A stretch of DNA of 64,000 nt from the NCBI GenBank assembly GCA_902499925.1, contig GCA_902499925.1_4130.1, one strand, 5' to 3'. This document shows positions 20,299 through 30,163 of this stretch, piece after piece. Both the position numbers and the translations under genes were made by a program. The first letter of the stretch is position 1, and the number at the start of each line of letters is the position of its first letter. The DNA comes from Escherichia coli. Its GTDB lineage: Bacteria; Pseudomonadota; Gammaproteobacteria; Enterobacterales; Enterobacteriaceae. The notes beneath the pieces are model-generated. The model made no database searches, was not told the DNA's origin, and worked only from the letters and a program-made list of their open reading frames with translations.

Positions 20299-20958
20299 TT
20301 ATTCATCGTCATCATCGTCGTCGAGATCTAGGTAAATGTCAGCATCACCATCATCAAAGTACTCAACAACTACACCAGGAATGTTCAGTGCTGTAAACAT
20401 CGCATCATATTTTTCATCAGATGGGATAAGAACAAACTCATCAATGCTTTGAATTTCAGGCATACGATCTTCAGGAATACCCATTTGCAACAAGGATTGG
20501 ATGATTTTTTCCTTGTATTCTTGGAACTTCTCTTCTGATTCGAAATCCATAATAAGTTGTGCTACATAACCATCTTCGTTACCAAATGCGATTGACATTT
20601 GTGCATCAGTACCGACATATGACCATGTACGCTTGCCAGTATTTTTCTCAATGAAGTTCTGAATTTCAAGAACGATTTCATGACGAGAACTATTGGCAAT
20701 GTTGTTAAGGTTAGCAACACCAGCAATAATTTCTGAACTATCATTGGATTCTTCGAATGTACCATAGTCACCTAATACATATTGAACACCATCACAATGT
20801 AATGCATATGCATAATCCAAATCAGCAAGTGAATCACACTTACCACGGATTGGGCGTAGGGAAAGCCCTAGGCGAAGATAACGAAAGTATGTATTAGTAT
20901 TTGTATTTGTCAACGTAATGCTCCTTAACAATATAAAAGTAGTTGCTGTTGTTGTCAA
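20299..20958 (-). CDS. acidic protein with poly-Asp C-terminus
   Basis: Ends DLDDDDDDE; true start uncertain (long N-terminal extension, next Met at residue 121). Confidence 0.45.
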   Translation of the reverse strand: MTTTATTFILLRSITLTNTNTNTYFRYLRLGLSLRPIRGKCDSLADLDYAYALHCDGVQYVLGDYGTFEESNDSSEIIAGVANLNNIANSSRHEIVLEIQNFIEKNTGKRTWSYVGTDAQMSIAFGNEDGYVAQLIMDFESEEKFQEYKEKIIQSLLQMGIPEDRMPEIQSIDEFVLIPSDEKYDAMFTALNIPGVVVEYFDDGDADIYLDLDDDDDDE

Positions 20959-21202
20959 AAAAGATGACTAATCCTTTGTAGACATTTACACCAATCTTGA
21001 TTTGGCATATTTTATTCGATTTACAAGCCTCAGTCAATAACATCTTGTGCTCTTTACTGAAAGTGTGGAATAGTGGTTTTACATGCCACATCTCCACACC
21101 ATCTAGTACTGGAAAATGTTCACTGAATTTGATCATTGATTCTTGTAAAAAATAACCTGTTAGATTCGAATCATCAGACATGTAAGTTCGCCAGGAAGTC
21201 AA
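20894..21202 (-). CDS. hypothetical protein
   Basis: 102-aa ORF. Confidence 0.4.
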   Translation of the reverse strand: MTSWRTYMSDDSNLTGYFLQESMIKFSEHFPVLDGVEMWHVKPLFHTFSKEHKMLLTEACKSNKICQIKIGVNVYKGLVIFFDNNSNYFYIVKEHYVDKYKY

Positions 21203-21467
21203 TTACTTCGTCATGTGTTAACTTATCACTACGCTCTAGAACATTGATGATGAATGGTGTTTGACTATATAATTCAGCCAGAAAAGCAACTTCATCAGAT
21301 GTATAAGAATATCCCATAGGAACAACTTGTGCAGTCCAGTTTCCTAAAGTTTTGTTTGCAATGATTGCAACCACCGTATTACCTTTGAATTCAACATGGA
21401 TTGAACGGAAACCCGAATCCTCATTCTGATCCCAAAGTACTGGGTTAGTTTTAAACAGTACTGACAT
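21174..21467 (-). CDS. hypothetical protein
   Basis: 97-aa ORF. Confidence 0.45.
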   Translation of the reverse strand: MSVLFKTNPVLWDQNEDSGFRSIHVEFKGNTVVAIIANKTLGNWTAQVVPMGYSYTSDEVAFLAELYSQTPFIINVLERSDKLTHDEVIDFLANLHV

Positions 21468-21469
21468 AG

Positions 21470-22003
21470 TTATTTCCTCATGTATTTTATTACATCTTCA
21501 AATAGTTTAGTTTTCAGTGCATCATCATTACCAGGTAGAAAAGTACTGAAGCTATTAAAATCTTCATTCTTGGCAAACTCACGCATCTGTGTGGAACTGT
21601 AGCGACTTACATTTCGGTCAATTCCAGCTTGAACTGCCTTGATTGAACAAAAATTATATAACTTCCCATTGTACGTGTCAAGTGTTTTTTGGAATGGTTC
21701 AAGTCTGTCTGAACCACATATGAAAAGAACATCTAAGTACTTTCCATCCAGTTCTCTCATTATATCAAACAGATTATCTTCTGTATAGATATTTTCTTGT
21801 ACAGATGGGTAAAATCCTTCTGTATAGTACATTTTCAGTTCAGGAGGTAATGGGTTTTTGACGGCATCAGTACTGGTACTAAGGAATATTTTCAAATCAG
21901 CATTGTACTGTTCTTGTAGTGCTTGAGCTTTTTCAAACACTAAACCATGACCTCGATGTACAGGGTTAATTCTTCCGAATGTCACTACGCATGTTTCTTT
22001 CAT
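21470..22003 (-). CDS. cytidylyltransferase-like nucleotidyltransferase (PPAT/NMNAT-like)
   Basis: N-terminal FGRINPVHRGH (GxFxPxHxGH) and C-terminal YSSTQMR (ISSTxxR-like) signatures. Confidence 0.65.
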   Translation of the reverse strand: MKETCVVTFGRINPVHRGHGLVFEKAQALQEQYNADLKIFLSTSTDAVKNPLPPELKMYYTEGFYPSVQENIYTEDNLFDIMRELDGKYLDVLFICGSDRLEPFQKTLDTYNGKLYNFCSIKAVQAGIDRNVSRYSSTQMREFAKNEDFNSFSTFLPGNDDALKTKLFEDVIKYMRK

Positions 22004-22524
22004 ATGTTCTTCATCACCTGACCAATAGATTTAAGATGGTTGATTTTAGCTGGAGTCAAATACTTATCCAGTACTATTAAACAACTAGGGAATGGAGCAC
22101 TGTCAGTCTTTTTATCTGGTTCTTCAGGGATACCGAACTTTAAGCGACCTTTTATAAAACAAATACAGTCGCATAACTTAGACGCATAGTCCTGGAACGC
22201 AATAGTATCAGTTCTTGATGGTACGAGAATCAGTACTGTAGCACCTTTGTTATATGCATCAACTGCCTTAGATAACCACGTTTTCAAATCACTGTACGGT
22301 GGGTTGAGCCACACGATATTGTTTCCCCAGTCCTGTTCAAGTGAATTGTCTTCTGGTGTAAAGAACTTATCACACAATGCAGTTTCTTTGACACAAGCTG
22401 CATCTAGTGTAAATTCCCAGAGTTCATCCAAATCTTCAAAGAAATCCTTTGGAGTAGTCCAGTTATCTTTTCCAGTACTGAAATGTACTGATTGTTTTTT
22501 CTTCGAAGCATCCTTCTTCGACAT
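22000..22524 (-). CDS. phage-type DNA N6-adenine methyltransferase (Dam-like)
   Basis: Catalytic NPPY (WLNPPYS) in a ~170-aa protein; 4-nt overlap with nucleotidyltransferase gene. Confidence 0.75.
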   Translation of the reverse strand: MSKKDASKKKQSVHFSTGKDNWTTPKDFFEDLDELWEFTLDAACVKETALCDKFFTPEDNSLEQDWGNNIVWLNPPYSDLKTWLSKAVDAYNKGATVLILVPSRTDTIAFQDYASKLCDCICFIKGRLKFGIPEEPDKKTDSAPFPSCLIVLDKYLTPAKINHLKSIGQVMKNI

Positions 22525-22540
22525 ACATAATTTCCTTTGA

Positions 22541-23137
22541 TTATAGACAGTTAAGTACTATGTCATCAAAAGTACTACTGTCAATGTTGTATTCATATAA
22601 AAATTTAAAATGTGATCCATAACGCATCATCAGATTAAACTCTTCTTCAGTATTAAATTTGTAATCATGAAGAGTTTCAAGGGTACATGTTAAACCTAAA
22701 AACTCAATAATTTCTGATGTTACATCATTTCCTGAATTGAAGTATTTAACCCAAACACATTTTCCTTGTGGGTTGAATTTTCTATATTCTCCTTCTAGTT
22801 CTCCATTGACGATATGTGCTTTCGCACTGATTAGATTATTACTATAACGCTCTTCGTAGTAGTTCCCATAACGAGCTTTAAGAATTGTAGGCTTCTTGGT
22901 TGGGAATAACTTAATGGAAGTTAATTCAAAACCGCACTGCAACTCTTTGATGTACGAAATACATCCCTTTTCTTTAATCACAACAAAACCAGTAAAATTC
23001 TCTTGGTCTTGGTTCTGATTGTCTGAATCAACAAATTCTAGTGTTTTATAAGTGACGCTTTTAGATTTTTTAATAAATGACATCATTATTCCTATGGAAA
23101 CATCAATGACTGTACATGGCGTTGACTTCATCAACAC
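22541..23137 (-). CDS. hypothetical protein
   Basis: 198-aa ORF. Confidence 0.5.
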   Translation of the reverse strand: MLMKSTPCTVIDVSIGIMMSFIKKSKSVTYKTLEFVDSDNQNQDQENFTGFVVIKEKGCISYIKELQCGFELTSIKLFPTKKPTILKARYGNYYEERYSNNLISAKAHIVNGELEGEYRKFNPQGKCVWVKYFNSGNDVTSEIIEFLGLTCTLETLHDYKFNTEEEFNLMMRYGSHFKFLYEYNIDSSTFDDIVLNCL

Positions 23138-23704
23138 CAGTCGAATTATACACGCTTCGCATGTCTAATTCAACGAAAGTACTATGATTTGTTTTAATTA
23201 ATATTGACGGGGTTTGCTTGAGCATATTTCATCCCCCCGCAGGGGAAAGAACAAAAAAAGTTTGACGCTGGTGGCCTTCACATAGTTCATATCACGAATT
23301 CTCTTACGAGGCGAAAGCGGGTTGCTCTGTTTCTCTCTATCGCGGTTCTTGTAGCAACGGTCGTCGGTCTTAAACATCCCGACACATAATACAAATACCA
23401 TATGACCAGTACTTGTATTTGATTTCACGAATTTTGGACGCAACTATATTGTATAAATTACGACCGCAAATTTCTCATGAAATCTCCCTTAGATAATTGG
23501 TAAGGTGCGATCCTTATATGTCTATCGAGGAACTCTCTTTATCCTATTGGAGTTCTTTATACAGCCGCATTGCCGTGAGTGGTTCAAACTATGCCATCAT
23601 CTAACGGGTTTCATTTGCTGTTCGTACTGAAAGGACTACTCATCTACCCTCTACTTTTCGAGTGGATTAGGCTTTAATCATTTCCATATGGAACCTTTCA
23701 GGAT

Positions 23705-23735
23705 TAAAAAAGGCGACAACATATTCTGCTGTCAC
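23705..23735 (-). terminator. rho-independent terminator candidate
   Basis: Minus-sense GGUGACAGCA-gaauau-GUUGUCGCC (9-bp stem, 2 GU) followed by UUUUUU, ~30 nt after stop of 23767..24615. Confidence 0.55.
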
Positions 23736-23766
23736 CTTACATTATATCATAAACTTATGGTATGTC

Positions 23767-24615
23767 TCAGTTGTATTCTGTTTTTTCAGTGAAATTAGTT
23801 AAGATATCTGCACTTAAGCTTCTCATAACCTCAATCTTACTTGGCATGAATCTGTGCTTGTTTTTTACATACAACTCGTCATCTTCAATGAAAGATGTGA
23901 ACATGAATACCATATCTTCACGTGGGATTGAGAGAATATTACAGTTTTCATTTTCAGCAACAGGGGAATCATTGTAGTACTTAGAGAATGCAGTACTTTG
24001 ACGACCGATTATGATAGAATTACGGATTAGAAAATTACTACAGTACTGAAAATCTTTGTAGTACTTGTCAAGGATATATGGCATTATCGCTTCTTTCACT
24101 TCTTCATATCCATTGGTACTATCAATTTCAGTACAATAATCTTCTCGGTCTTTATTCCCTCGATGATTATCAAACTCGTACTCAAAGAATAAATTTTCAT
24201 TTAATGAATTATTTGAACCAACTGATCCACTATAGTATGATTTTCTATCATTCATTCGATCATCGGGGCATGATGCATACATAGAAATGTCATGTGTTGA
24301 CGTACCGATATAAATTTTCTTAGTAATGTGATTGTACGCGATGTAATCATAATCTTGTACTCCAGTGAGCATTAACTGGAACATCAATTCATCAGGAACA
24401 TCAATCAACGGGTACTCAAACTTCGAATATCTACTACGACAGAAATTCTTTTCAAATGCTCGATATGCGATGAAATCTTTTAGGTTTGTAATAGATTCAT
24501 GCTCATGTGTATTACTGGTGCGTACATTGACATTAGTAGACGAGCAATACCCTTCAGATTCTTCTGCGTAGTCATAATAACCCTTACTGTAGTCAACGAT
24601 TAGATAAAGTTTCAT
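23767..24615 (-). CDS. hypothetical protein
   Basis: 282-aa ORF. Confidence 0.5.
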   Translation of the reverse strand: MKLYLIVDYSKGYYDYAEESEGYCSSTNVNVRTSNTHEHESITNLKDFIAYRAFEKNFCRSRYSKFEYPLIDVPDELMFQLMLTGVQDYDYIAYNHITKKIYIGTSTHDISMYASCPDDRMNDRKSYYSGSVGSNNSLNENLFFEYEFDNHRGNKDREDYCTEIDSTNGYEEVKEAIMPYILDKYYKDFQYCSNFLIRNSIIIGRQSTAFSKYYNDSPVAENENCNILSIPREDMVFMFTSFIEDDELYVKNKHRFMPSKIEVMRSLSADILTNFTEKTEYN

Positions 24616-24627
24616 ATATCTCCAGAC

Positions 24628-24656
24628 AAAAAAAAGACGAGATATTATATCCCGTC
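24628..24656 (-). terminator. rho-independent terminator candidate
   Basis: Minus-sense GACGGGA-uauaaua-UCUCGUC hairpin followed by U8; sits between 24667..24972 and 23767..24615. Confidence 0.5.
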
Positions 24657-24666
24657 CTTTGGTTTA

Positions 24667-24972
24667 TTAGTGGCTTGCCCAGCAGTAAACAGGACGTAGA
24701 TTTTCCATTGGGTTTACTTCAGGCTTCAGTACTGTAACACGAACTTCATACGGAGTACCATCTGCATGATGGAACGTTTCGTAATGAATACTCTCAATGA
24801 AGGTTTCATATTCTTCTTGAGAACGTGAACGAACTGATGGGGAATATTTCTTTTTGGTATCTGATTTTAGTGTAACACTTACTAGTTCTGATTCTTCACC
24901 ATTTTCAAGATTATTGAAATCGAACTCTGGTACACCTTCAAACATATCAAATTTCATTCCGTTGTCTTCCAT
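24667..24972 (-). CDS. hypothetical protein
   Basis: 101-aa ORF. Confidence 0.45.
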   Translation of the reverse strand: MEDNGMKFDMFEGVPEFDFNNLENGEESELVSVTLKSDTKKKYSPSVRSRSQEEYETFIESIHYETFHHADGTPYEVRVTVLKPEVNPMENLRPVYCWASH

Positions 24973-25023
24973 TTTAAATTCCTTTTTATATAATGTTAGT
25001 TAGATAGTTTTTAATAAATCAGA

Positions 25024-25410
25024 TTAGATTACGTCATACGGTAGAGTACCGTGACGGAATTTATCAAGTTGTGCAAGAACTTCTTTACGTTCTACAATCT
25101 CTGGCACATCTTCTTGCAGTTGGTCACATACTTCAACGATGAAATCCCAATCGCTCTCACAACTCACACGTACTGCTTCAATTGTTTTCCAATCAGCACT
25201 AATTTCACCTTCAGGATTTACATACGAAGGCCATACCTTTCCATAGTCTTGTACTGATTTGTCGTTAAGAACACGAATAGCATTGAAAATCTGTCCAGTA
25301 CTGAAGTGTTTAGTATTCTTCATGTCTTCTAAGCAACATAGCTTAGGTTCACCCTGGACTTCAATCAGAAGTACACCACCAATCGCTTTTAGAACAGAAC
25401 TTGTATTCAT
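25024..25410 (-). CDS. hypothetical protein
   Basis: 128-aa ORF. Confidence 0.5.
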   Translation of the reverse strand: MNTSSVLKAIGGVLLIEVQGEPKLCCLEDMKNTKHFSTGQIFNAIRVLNDKSVQDYGKVWPSYVNPEGEISADWKTIEAVRVSCESDWDFIVEVCDQLQEDVPEIVERKEVLAQLDKFRHGTLPYDVI

Positions 25411-25481
25411 CTATATCTCCATTTATCAAAAAAAGATGTGAACATTATATCACAAGGAATTGTCATGTCCACAATATTTTA

Positions 25482-25775
25482 TCAAATAGTCAAACTTTCG
25501 TGCCAGTTATTGAAATCGTTAATAGCCAGCATAAACATATTCTCATCATTAAATTCTAGAATGTGTTCATTGTATAAGTAGCTAATGTACTTATTACTAC
25601 AGTGTTTGCTATTCATAATTAGCATTTCAACTGCACGTTCATATGAACATGGGCTGAGATACAATTTTGTTCCATCAGGATGCTCAATCTCCACTGCACC
25701 AGGTGGAATAAAACGTTCACCAGTATAAGGGATATACGGCTCTGTTTTGAAAATAAGTTTGAATTTAGTATCCAT
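25482..25775 (-). CDS. hypothetical protein
   Basis: 97-aa ORF. Confidence 0.45.
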   Translation of the reverse strand: MDTKFKLIFKTEPYIPYTGERFIPPGAVEIEHPDGTKLYLSPCSYERAVEMLIMNSKHCSNKYISYLYNEHILEFNDENMFMLAINDFNNWHESLTI

Positions 25776-25791
25776 ACCAAATCCTCCATAA

Positions 25792-26649
25792 TTACATTGT
25801 TTCTTTTATGTTGCGTAACATAGTATTAACTATGTTCATCTTCCCGCCTAACTTGAAGTAATATTCCAATTTATTAATAATATTACTTTTTAATATCTCA
25901 AATATTTGATATTCATTTGTTTCGAAACTAAGTTCGAATTGGAAAGTATATAAATTGTTGAATAGATGTACCAACGATGCATCAGGTGATTCCATTGTAA
26001 ATGTGTAGTTGGCACGATAACCAGTACTAATCACTACTTCCGATGATTCACCTTTCATGGATATGTCAATATTATACATCATTGGGCGACCAGTTGCAAT
26101 ATCTTTCATTCGGAAGAATGCAGTACTACGATACACAACACCATCTTCGGTAACCTGTTCTTGTATAGTGATATTTGAAACTTCACTCTCTTTGAATTTG
26201 GATTCGAATGAATGAATACGATTTGATGTTTCATCATCCGTATACATAGTGCATGTATATTTTCCAAAATCATCTCTAGATGTATAAGATTTATCACTGG
26301 CGGTTTTATAAAACGAAACCCCATTGACGTGTTCTTCTTTGTACATCATAGTGTCATGTGATTTGTAGTATGAACAATTAGGTGTTGAAAGAGATTCAAA
26401 ATTGTTCACATCATGACAGTAAGAAATAGAAGAATCGCTATACAGTACTACATCACGAATTGCAACTTCTTTTGAAGTACCTTTTTTGACAGAAATTTGA
26501 AAGTCATTGCATGGGAAGATTCTATATCCATCGTATGTATCTGATGTACTGATACCAAATGGTGTTGGGGAATTTAGAAATTCGTTGATATGTTCAAGTA
26601 CTGAATACTTTTTGAAATTGCGAAAGTCAGTGCTATCTAACATATACAA
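25792..26649 (-). CDS. hypothetical protein
   Basis: 285-aa ORF. Confidence 0.5.
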   Translation of the reverse strand: MYMLDSTDFRNFKKYSVLEHINEFLNSPTPFGISTSDTYDGYRIFPCNDFQISVKKGTSKEVAIRDVVLYSDSSISYCHDVNNFESLSTPNCSYYKSHDTMMYKEEHVNGVSFYKTASDKSYTSRDDFGKYTCTMYTDDETSNRIHSFESKFKESEVSNITIQEQVTEDGVVYRSTAFFRMKDIATGRPMMYNIDISMKGESSEVVISTGYRANYTFTMESPDASLVHLFNNLYTFQFELSFETNEYQIFEILKSNIINKLEYYFKLGGKMNIVNTMLRNIKETM

Positions 26650-26806
26650 TCTCCATAAATTTGGACAAAAAATTAGTCGAGAATAAATCTCGACTTGTGT
26701 TTTACTTTACCATTCTTCATTGCTTTTTTACGGTCCACATGTGTTTGAGGTTTATTAAACTCATTCATATGCTTTTGTACAAAGTTGTTTACATTTTTAG
26801 CCATAC

Positions 26807-27280
26807 TTACTCCAAATCGGGATCTTTAACTGTTAGGCTTTCAATATCACTTGCGTAAAGAACTACATTAGTTTGTGTCTCTGATACTTTAAAATCATGA
26901 TAACTATCTTTCACTTTAAAATTATCCAAAATAAACCCTTTACTACAACACATCATGATTTTATCATCTTTGATGGTGTATGTATTCTTTTTCTTACGTA
27001 CTTCAGATTGTGGGGTAATATTATCATTGTTACGAATAACACAATCAATGTACTCGTCATTTGTACTCATAGGCATACCCATGATAAACGAATTACTAGT
27101 ACTGATTGTTAGTATAAAAACATTAGTATTTGGATTGTGAAAGAAGTCGTGCATAGTTTTACTGCATAAAAACAAGCACTGAATTATGTCCTTTACATTG
27201 AACATTATATCATGAACTTTGAATGCGTCCAACTCTAAAATGTCATCTATCTTTCCATTCTCAACAGTTTTAATCTCCAT
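26807..27280 (-). CDS. hypothetical protein
   Basis: 157-aa ORF. Confidence 0.45.
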   Translation of the reverse strand: MEIKTVENGKIDDILELDAFKVHDIMFNVKDIIQCLFLCSKTMHDFFHNPNTNVFILTISTSNSFIMGMPMSTNDEYIDCVIRNNDNITPQSEVRKKKNTYTIKDDKIMMCCSKGFILDNFKVKDSYHDFKVSETQTNVVLYASDIESLTVKDPDLE

Positions 27281-27322
27281 GATCTATCCTTGATCTTCAA
27301 AGGCACTCCATGTGCACATATA

Positions 27323-27823
27323 TTAGGTCACAGCTTTGTATTTCTCCATTGCTTCGGTGATATTCAATACTGCTTGCGGTACGTCACTTTTGTTGTATGC
27401 AGTGTTTAGTTTTTCCATGTTATTGAGAAGACTTAGAAACAATGGAAGTACTTCTGCATTGTCACTGAAGTTACAATCATTGACAGTACTCAATTGAAAT
27501 AACTCACCCGCATCAACATTGAGTGTGTTGTATTCTTTAACAATGTTTTCTTCAGTATTGAAGATGTAGAATACAGTCCCCATGTGGTGTAAGTATACAC
27601 CAGTTTCATTCTGAATATGACATGGGGTGATTACAATTGCTGTGTTATCAATATTATTTACTATTGTCAAACGCAGACTATGTAACCCAAAGATTACAGT
27701 ACAATCCTTTGTACTGTGTTGGATCTGGTCACTAGTAAAGGAAGACCCACTATGATTTTTAGAACCATTTAGTATTTCTTTGATAATTTTAAATGAATTC
27801 TTCATCGAATTAGTTAAAAGCAT
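27323..27823 (-). CDS. paralog family A member
   Basis: core GELFQLSTVN. Confidence 0.55.
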   Translation of the reverse strand: MLLTNSMKNSFKIIKEILNGSKNHSGSSFTSDQIQHSTKDCTVIFGLHSLRLTIVNNIDNTAIVITPCHIQNETGVYLHHMGTVFYIFNTEENIVKEYNTLNVDAGELFQLSTVNDCNFSDNAEVLPLFLSLLNNMEKLNTAYNKSDVPQAVLNITEAMEKYKAVT

Positions 27824-28223
27824 GAACTTTACCTTTAAGTAGATTAATTAATGTTCGCATAGATTCAGTACTGACAGTACCAAAATCAACACCTAAGCAC
27901 TCGTATTGAAAGAACTCAATAGAATCAATTGAGTCCAAAGGAATCTCAACAACCTGATTCCCTATACCAGACATAGTAACATTGCTTTTATTAATCGTCA
28001 AGAAGTTTTTTGAATAAGTATTAAATTTTAGTGAAATCGCGTCGGGGTGCTTTGTAACAATGCAGTACTGGGAACCATACACATATAGTACTTTACTTTC
28101 ACTAAGATCCGTTTTAAAAAAATGAATCCCATTGAAGTATTTCTCATTGGCTCCCATCGCCGCGATTAGTTCATCTGTTGTTGTTAACCTTGTTTCGTTC
28201 TTCGTTAAACTGTTGAAAAGCAT
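27810..28223 (-). CDS. paralog family A-like (divergent)
   Basis: IEFFQYECLG. Confidence 0.45.
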   Translation of the reverse strand: MLFNSLTKNETRLTTTDELIAAMGANEKYFNGIHFFKTDLSESKVLYVYGSQYCIVTKHPDAISLKFNTYSKNFLTINKSNVTMSGIGNQVVEIPLDSIDSIEFFQYECLGVDFGTVSTESMRTLINLLKGKVHAFN

Positions 28224-28644
28224 AGAATACTACCTTAACCATTTGTAGTGTTTCAGACATTACTTCTGATGAAAATTCAACATCATTGAATTTCAGCATA
28301 GTGTTCTGTGTAAAGAAAGTTGCTTCTAAGTCTTCCAGATTGAAGGGTTCATCAAACAAATTAGTACTGAACATGTCAGTCTTCTTCTTGTATGTGAACA
28401 AGAATTTGGAATTATAACGAAGAACTACTTCATCTTTATTGACCAAAATACGTGCAATGTTCTGACGTGCTAATGTTGTAATGTTTAAATTGAACACGTT
28501 CTTGCGTGTTTCAGTGATATCAACAAAATACCCATCTCCCTGATGGATATTACATCGTACATCCAACCCTTTCTGTACTGTATTGAACAGTGCATCTTGA
28601 ATAAAATAATTTGCTGTATCGATGTTTCCTAAAATATCTAACAT
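28171..28644 (-). CDS. paralog family A-like (divergent)
   Basis: EATFFTQNTML. Confidence 0.4.
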   Translation of the reverse strand: MLDILGNIDTANYFIQDALFNTVQKGLDVRCNIHQGDGYFVDITETRKNVFNLNITTLARQNIARILVNKDEVVLRYNSKFLFTYKKKTDMFSTNLFDEPFNLEDLEATFFTQNTMLKFNDVEFSSEVMSETLQMVKVVFYAFQQFNEERNKVNNNR

Positions 28645-29156
28645 AACTTCTCCTTGATTGCTGTCATATTTAGAAGAAATTCTTCAAGCAATTCCTCTGT
28701 AACATACTCAACATACCAGAATATCACAATATCTTTTGAAAGTCGAGTATTAATAAAAATATCTACTAACTCTTTGTAGTACTTTAAATCATTAAGATCT
28801 TTTAAAATCAATGAGTACTGAAATATTAATTCTTCTGTTAACTTAAATTCTGGATATAGTAGATCATTAAATTCCTTTGACCCAATTAGGACTTTAATTT
28901 CTTTAAAATTATTTGTTATACCACCATTGCTTCCATATAACGCCGCATATTCCATGAATTTGGCTTTGGGGTTCCAGTCCAGAACCGTTTCCCCTTTATA
29001 TGATAAACGATAGAACGCAGAGAACTTGGTTATTTCCCACGGTTGCTTAATGCCTAATTCATGTATATCAATCCCACTGTACAAAATATCAGTGAATATC
29101 TCACCAATCTTCAATAATAATTTAGTACGTGCTAGTACTGTCATAGGTTCAATCAT
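28638..29156 (-). CDS. paralog family A member
   Basis: EELIFQYSLIL. Confidence 0.55.
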   Translation of the reverse strand: MIEPMTVLARTKLLLKIGEIFTDILYSGIDIHELGIKQPWEITKFSAFYRLSYKGETVLDWNPKAKFMEYAALYGSNGGITNNFKEIKVLIGSKEFNDLLYPEFKLTEELIFQYSLILKDLNDLKYYKELVDIFINTRLSKDIVIFWYVEYVTEELLEEFLLNMTAIKEKLC

Positions 29157-29569
29157 TATACACCTTCATATTCATCAAGGAAATCTTCGATGATCATTTC
29201 TGCGTCATCCATGTGCATAGCATCAACTTCAACAATGCGAACCTTAGACGTATCCCAAATCATATAGCTAGGAACTGTATCTGGTTCGTAATCGTTTTGG
29301 TACTGAACTGCATCATAGCCGTTAATCTCGCAGTACTCAATCACTCCACGCCATTCATCATCACTGCCCATATCCGTCCATAGAAGCACGTTATCAACAT
29401 CAACTTCTAAGGTATGCAAGTATACTGTATCAGCGTCAACGACGTTTAGTGGGCTTCTCAGTTTGCGTAATGCAGCTTCTAAAGCACTGTGTTTACCTCC
29501 CATATGAAGGCCACCATACGGGATATAAAAGTTATCAATTTTTACAGTACTCGCATGATACAGTTTCAT
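29156..29569 (-). CDS. hypothetical protein
   Basis: 137-aa ORF without family A core. Confidence 0.45.
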   Translation of the reverse strand: MKLYHASTVKIDNFYIPYGGLHMGGKHSALEAALRKLRSPLNVVDADTVYLHTLEVDVDNVLLWTDMGSDDEWRGVIEYCEINGYDAVQYQNDYEPDTVPSYMIWDTSKVRIVEVDAMHMDDAEMIIEDFLDEYEGV

Positions 29570-29578
29570 TATTCATTC

Positions 29579-30163
29579 CTATTTCAGTACTTTGACCAGG
29601 GCTTTAACCGCTGTTTCAAGTTGTGCAAAGTCGTTGATTGTAAGATAATGAATACCCAATGTACTCATTTCTGAATCTATTTTACTATACAAATCGAACA
29701 TGTCAAGTAGATATTGATATGTATATGACTCCGATGACACACATGATTCTTGAAATAGACGTTCTTCCATATCATTTACTACTTCATCATTTACGTCTCG
29801 AATCACACCATCTTTGTATGTGTAGTAAATCTCATCCCATTCATCTGATAAGCGGAATAGTAAAGGTTTACCATTAAACATCTCAAGGTCATATGCATTG
29901 ACTTCACTCAATAACATATCATCAGGATCAGGTGTGAAATCGAATTGAGCGAGTGAAGAACCATCATAATCCTTAAGGAATACACCAATAGCATTCAATT
30001 TAACTTCGCCATAATTGCCATTCTTGAACTTCACACGAATATTAATATCAATGCTTTGAACCGTATCATCATCTTGGAACTGATAATCAATTTTATACTT
30101 TTCCCAAAGTTTTTTAATATCTTTGAAGTACTTAATTTTACTTTCTATTTCTTTAAAGTTCAT
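29579..30163 (-). CDS. paralog family A member
   Basis: EERLFQESCV. Confidence 0.55.
   Translation of the reverse strand: MNFKEIESKIKYFKDIKKLWEKYKIDYQFQDDDTVQSIDINIRVKFKNGNYGEVKLNAIGVFLKDYDGSSLAQFDFTPDPDDMLLSEVNAYDLEMFNGKPLLFRLSDEWDEIYYTYKDGVIRDVNDEVVNDMEERLFQESCVSSESYTYQYLLDMFDLYSKIDSEMSTLGIHYLTINDFAQLETAVKALVKVLK

Noticed and set aside
23228-23260. ccccccgcagggg hairpin as a terminator
   Set aside because: Stem is only 4 bp, and the uridine tract is on the wrong side for the minus strand (A-rich rather than U-rich downstream on the plus strand).
23198-23443. 81-aa basic ORF on minus strand in the GC-richer gap
   Set aside because: No RBS or start context I could verify and unusual composition; could be real but treated as unsupported, so the region is reported as a finding instead.
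23138-23766. tRNA gene in the non-coding gap
   Set aside because: No canonical T-loop (GTTCRANYC) or D-loop signature found on either strand; ggttcaaact at ~23580 lacks a matching acceptor stem.
24616-24660. Promoter for gene 23767..24615 using the TATAAT inside the terminator loop
   Set aside because: A -10-like GATATAAT is present, but I could not find a credible -35 at appropriate spacing; left as terminator only.
26677-26803. About 43-aa basic minigene (MAKNVNNFVQKHMNEF...) with GGAG RBS between 25792..26649 and 26807..27280
   Set aside because: Plausible but below the ORF-track size threshold with no paralog or motif support; the embedded GTCGAGA/TCTCGAC hairpin could equally be a terminator for the upstream gene.
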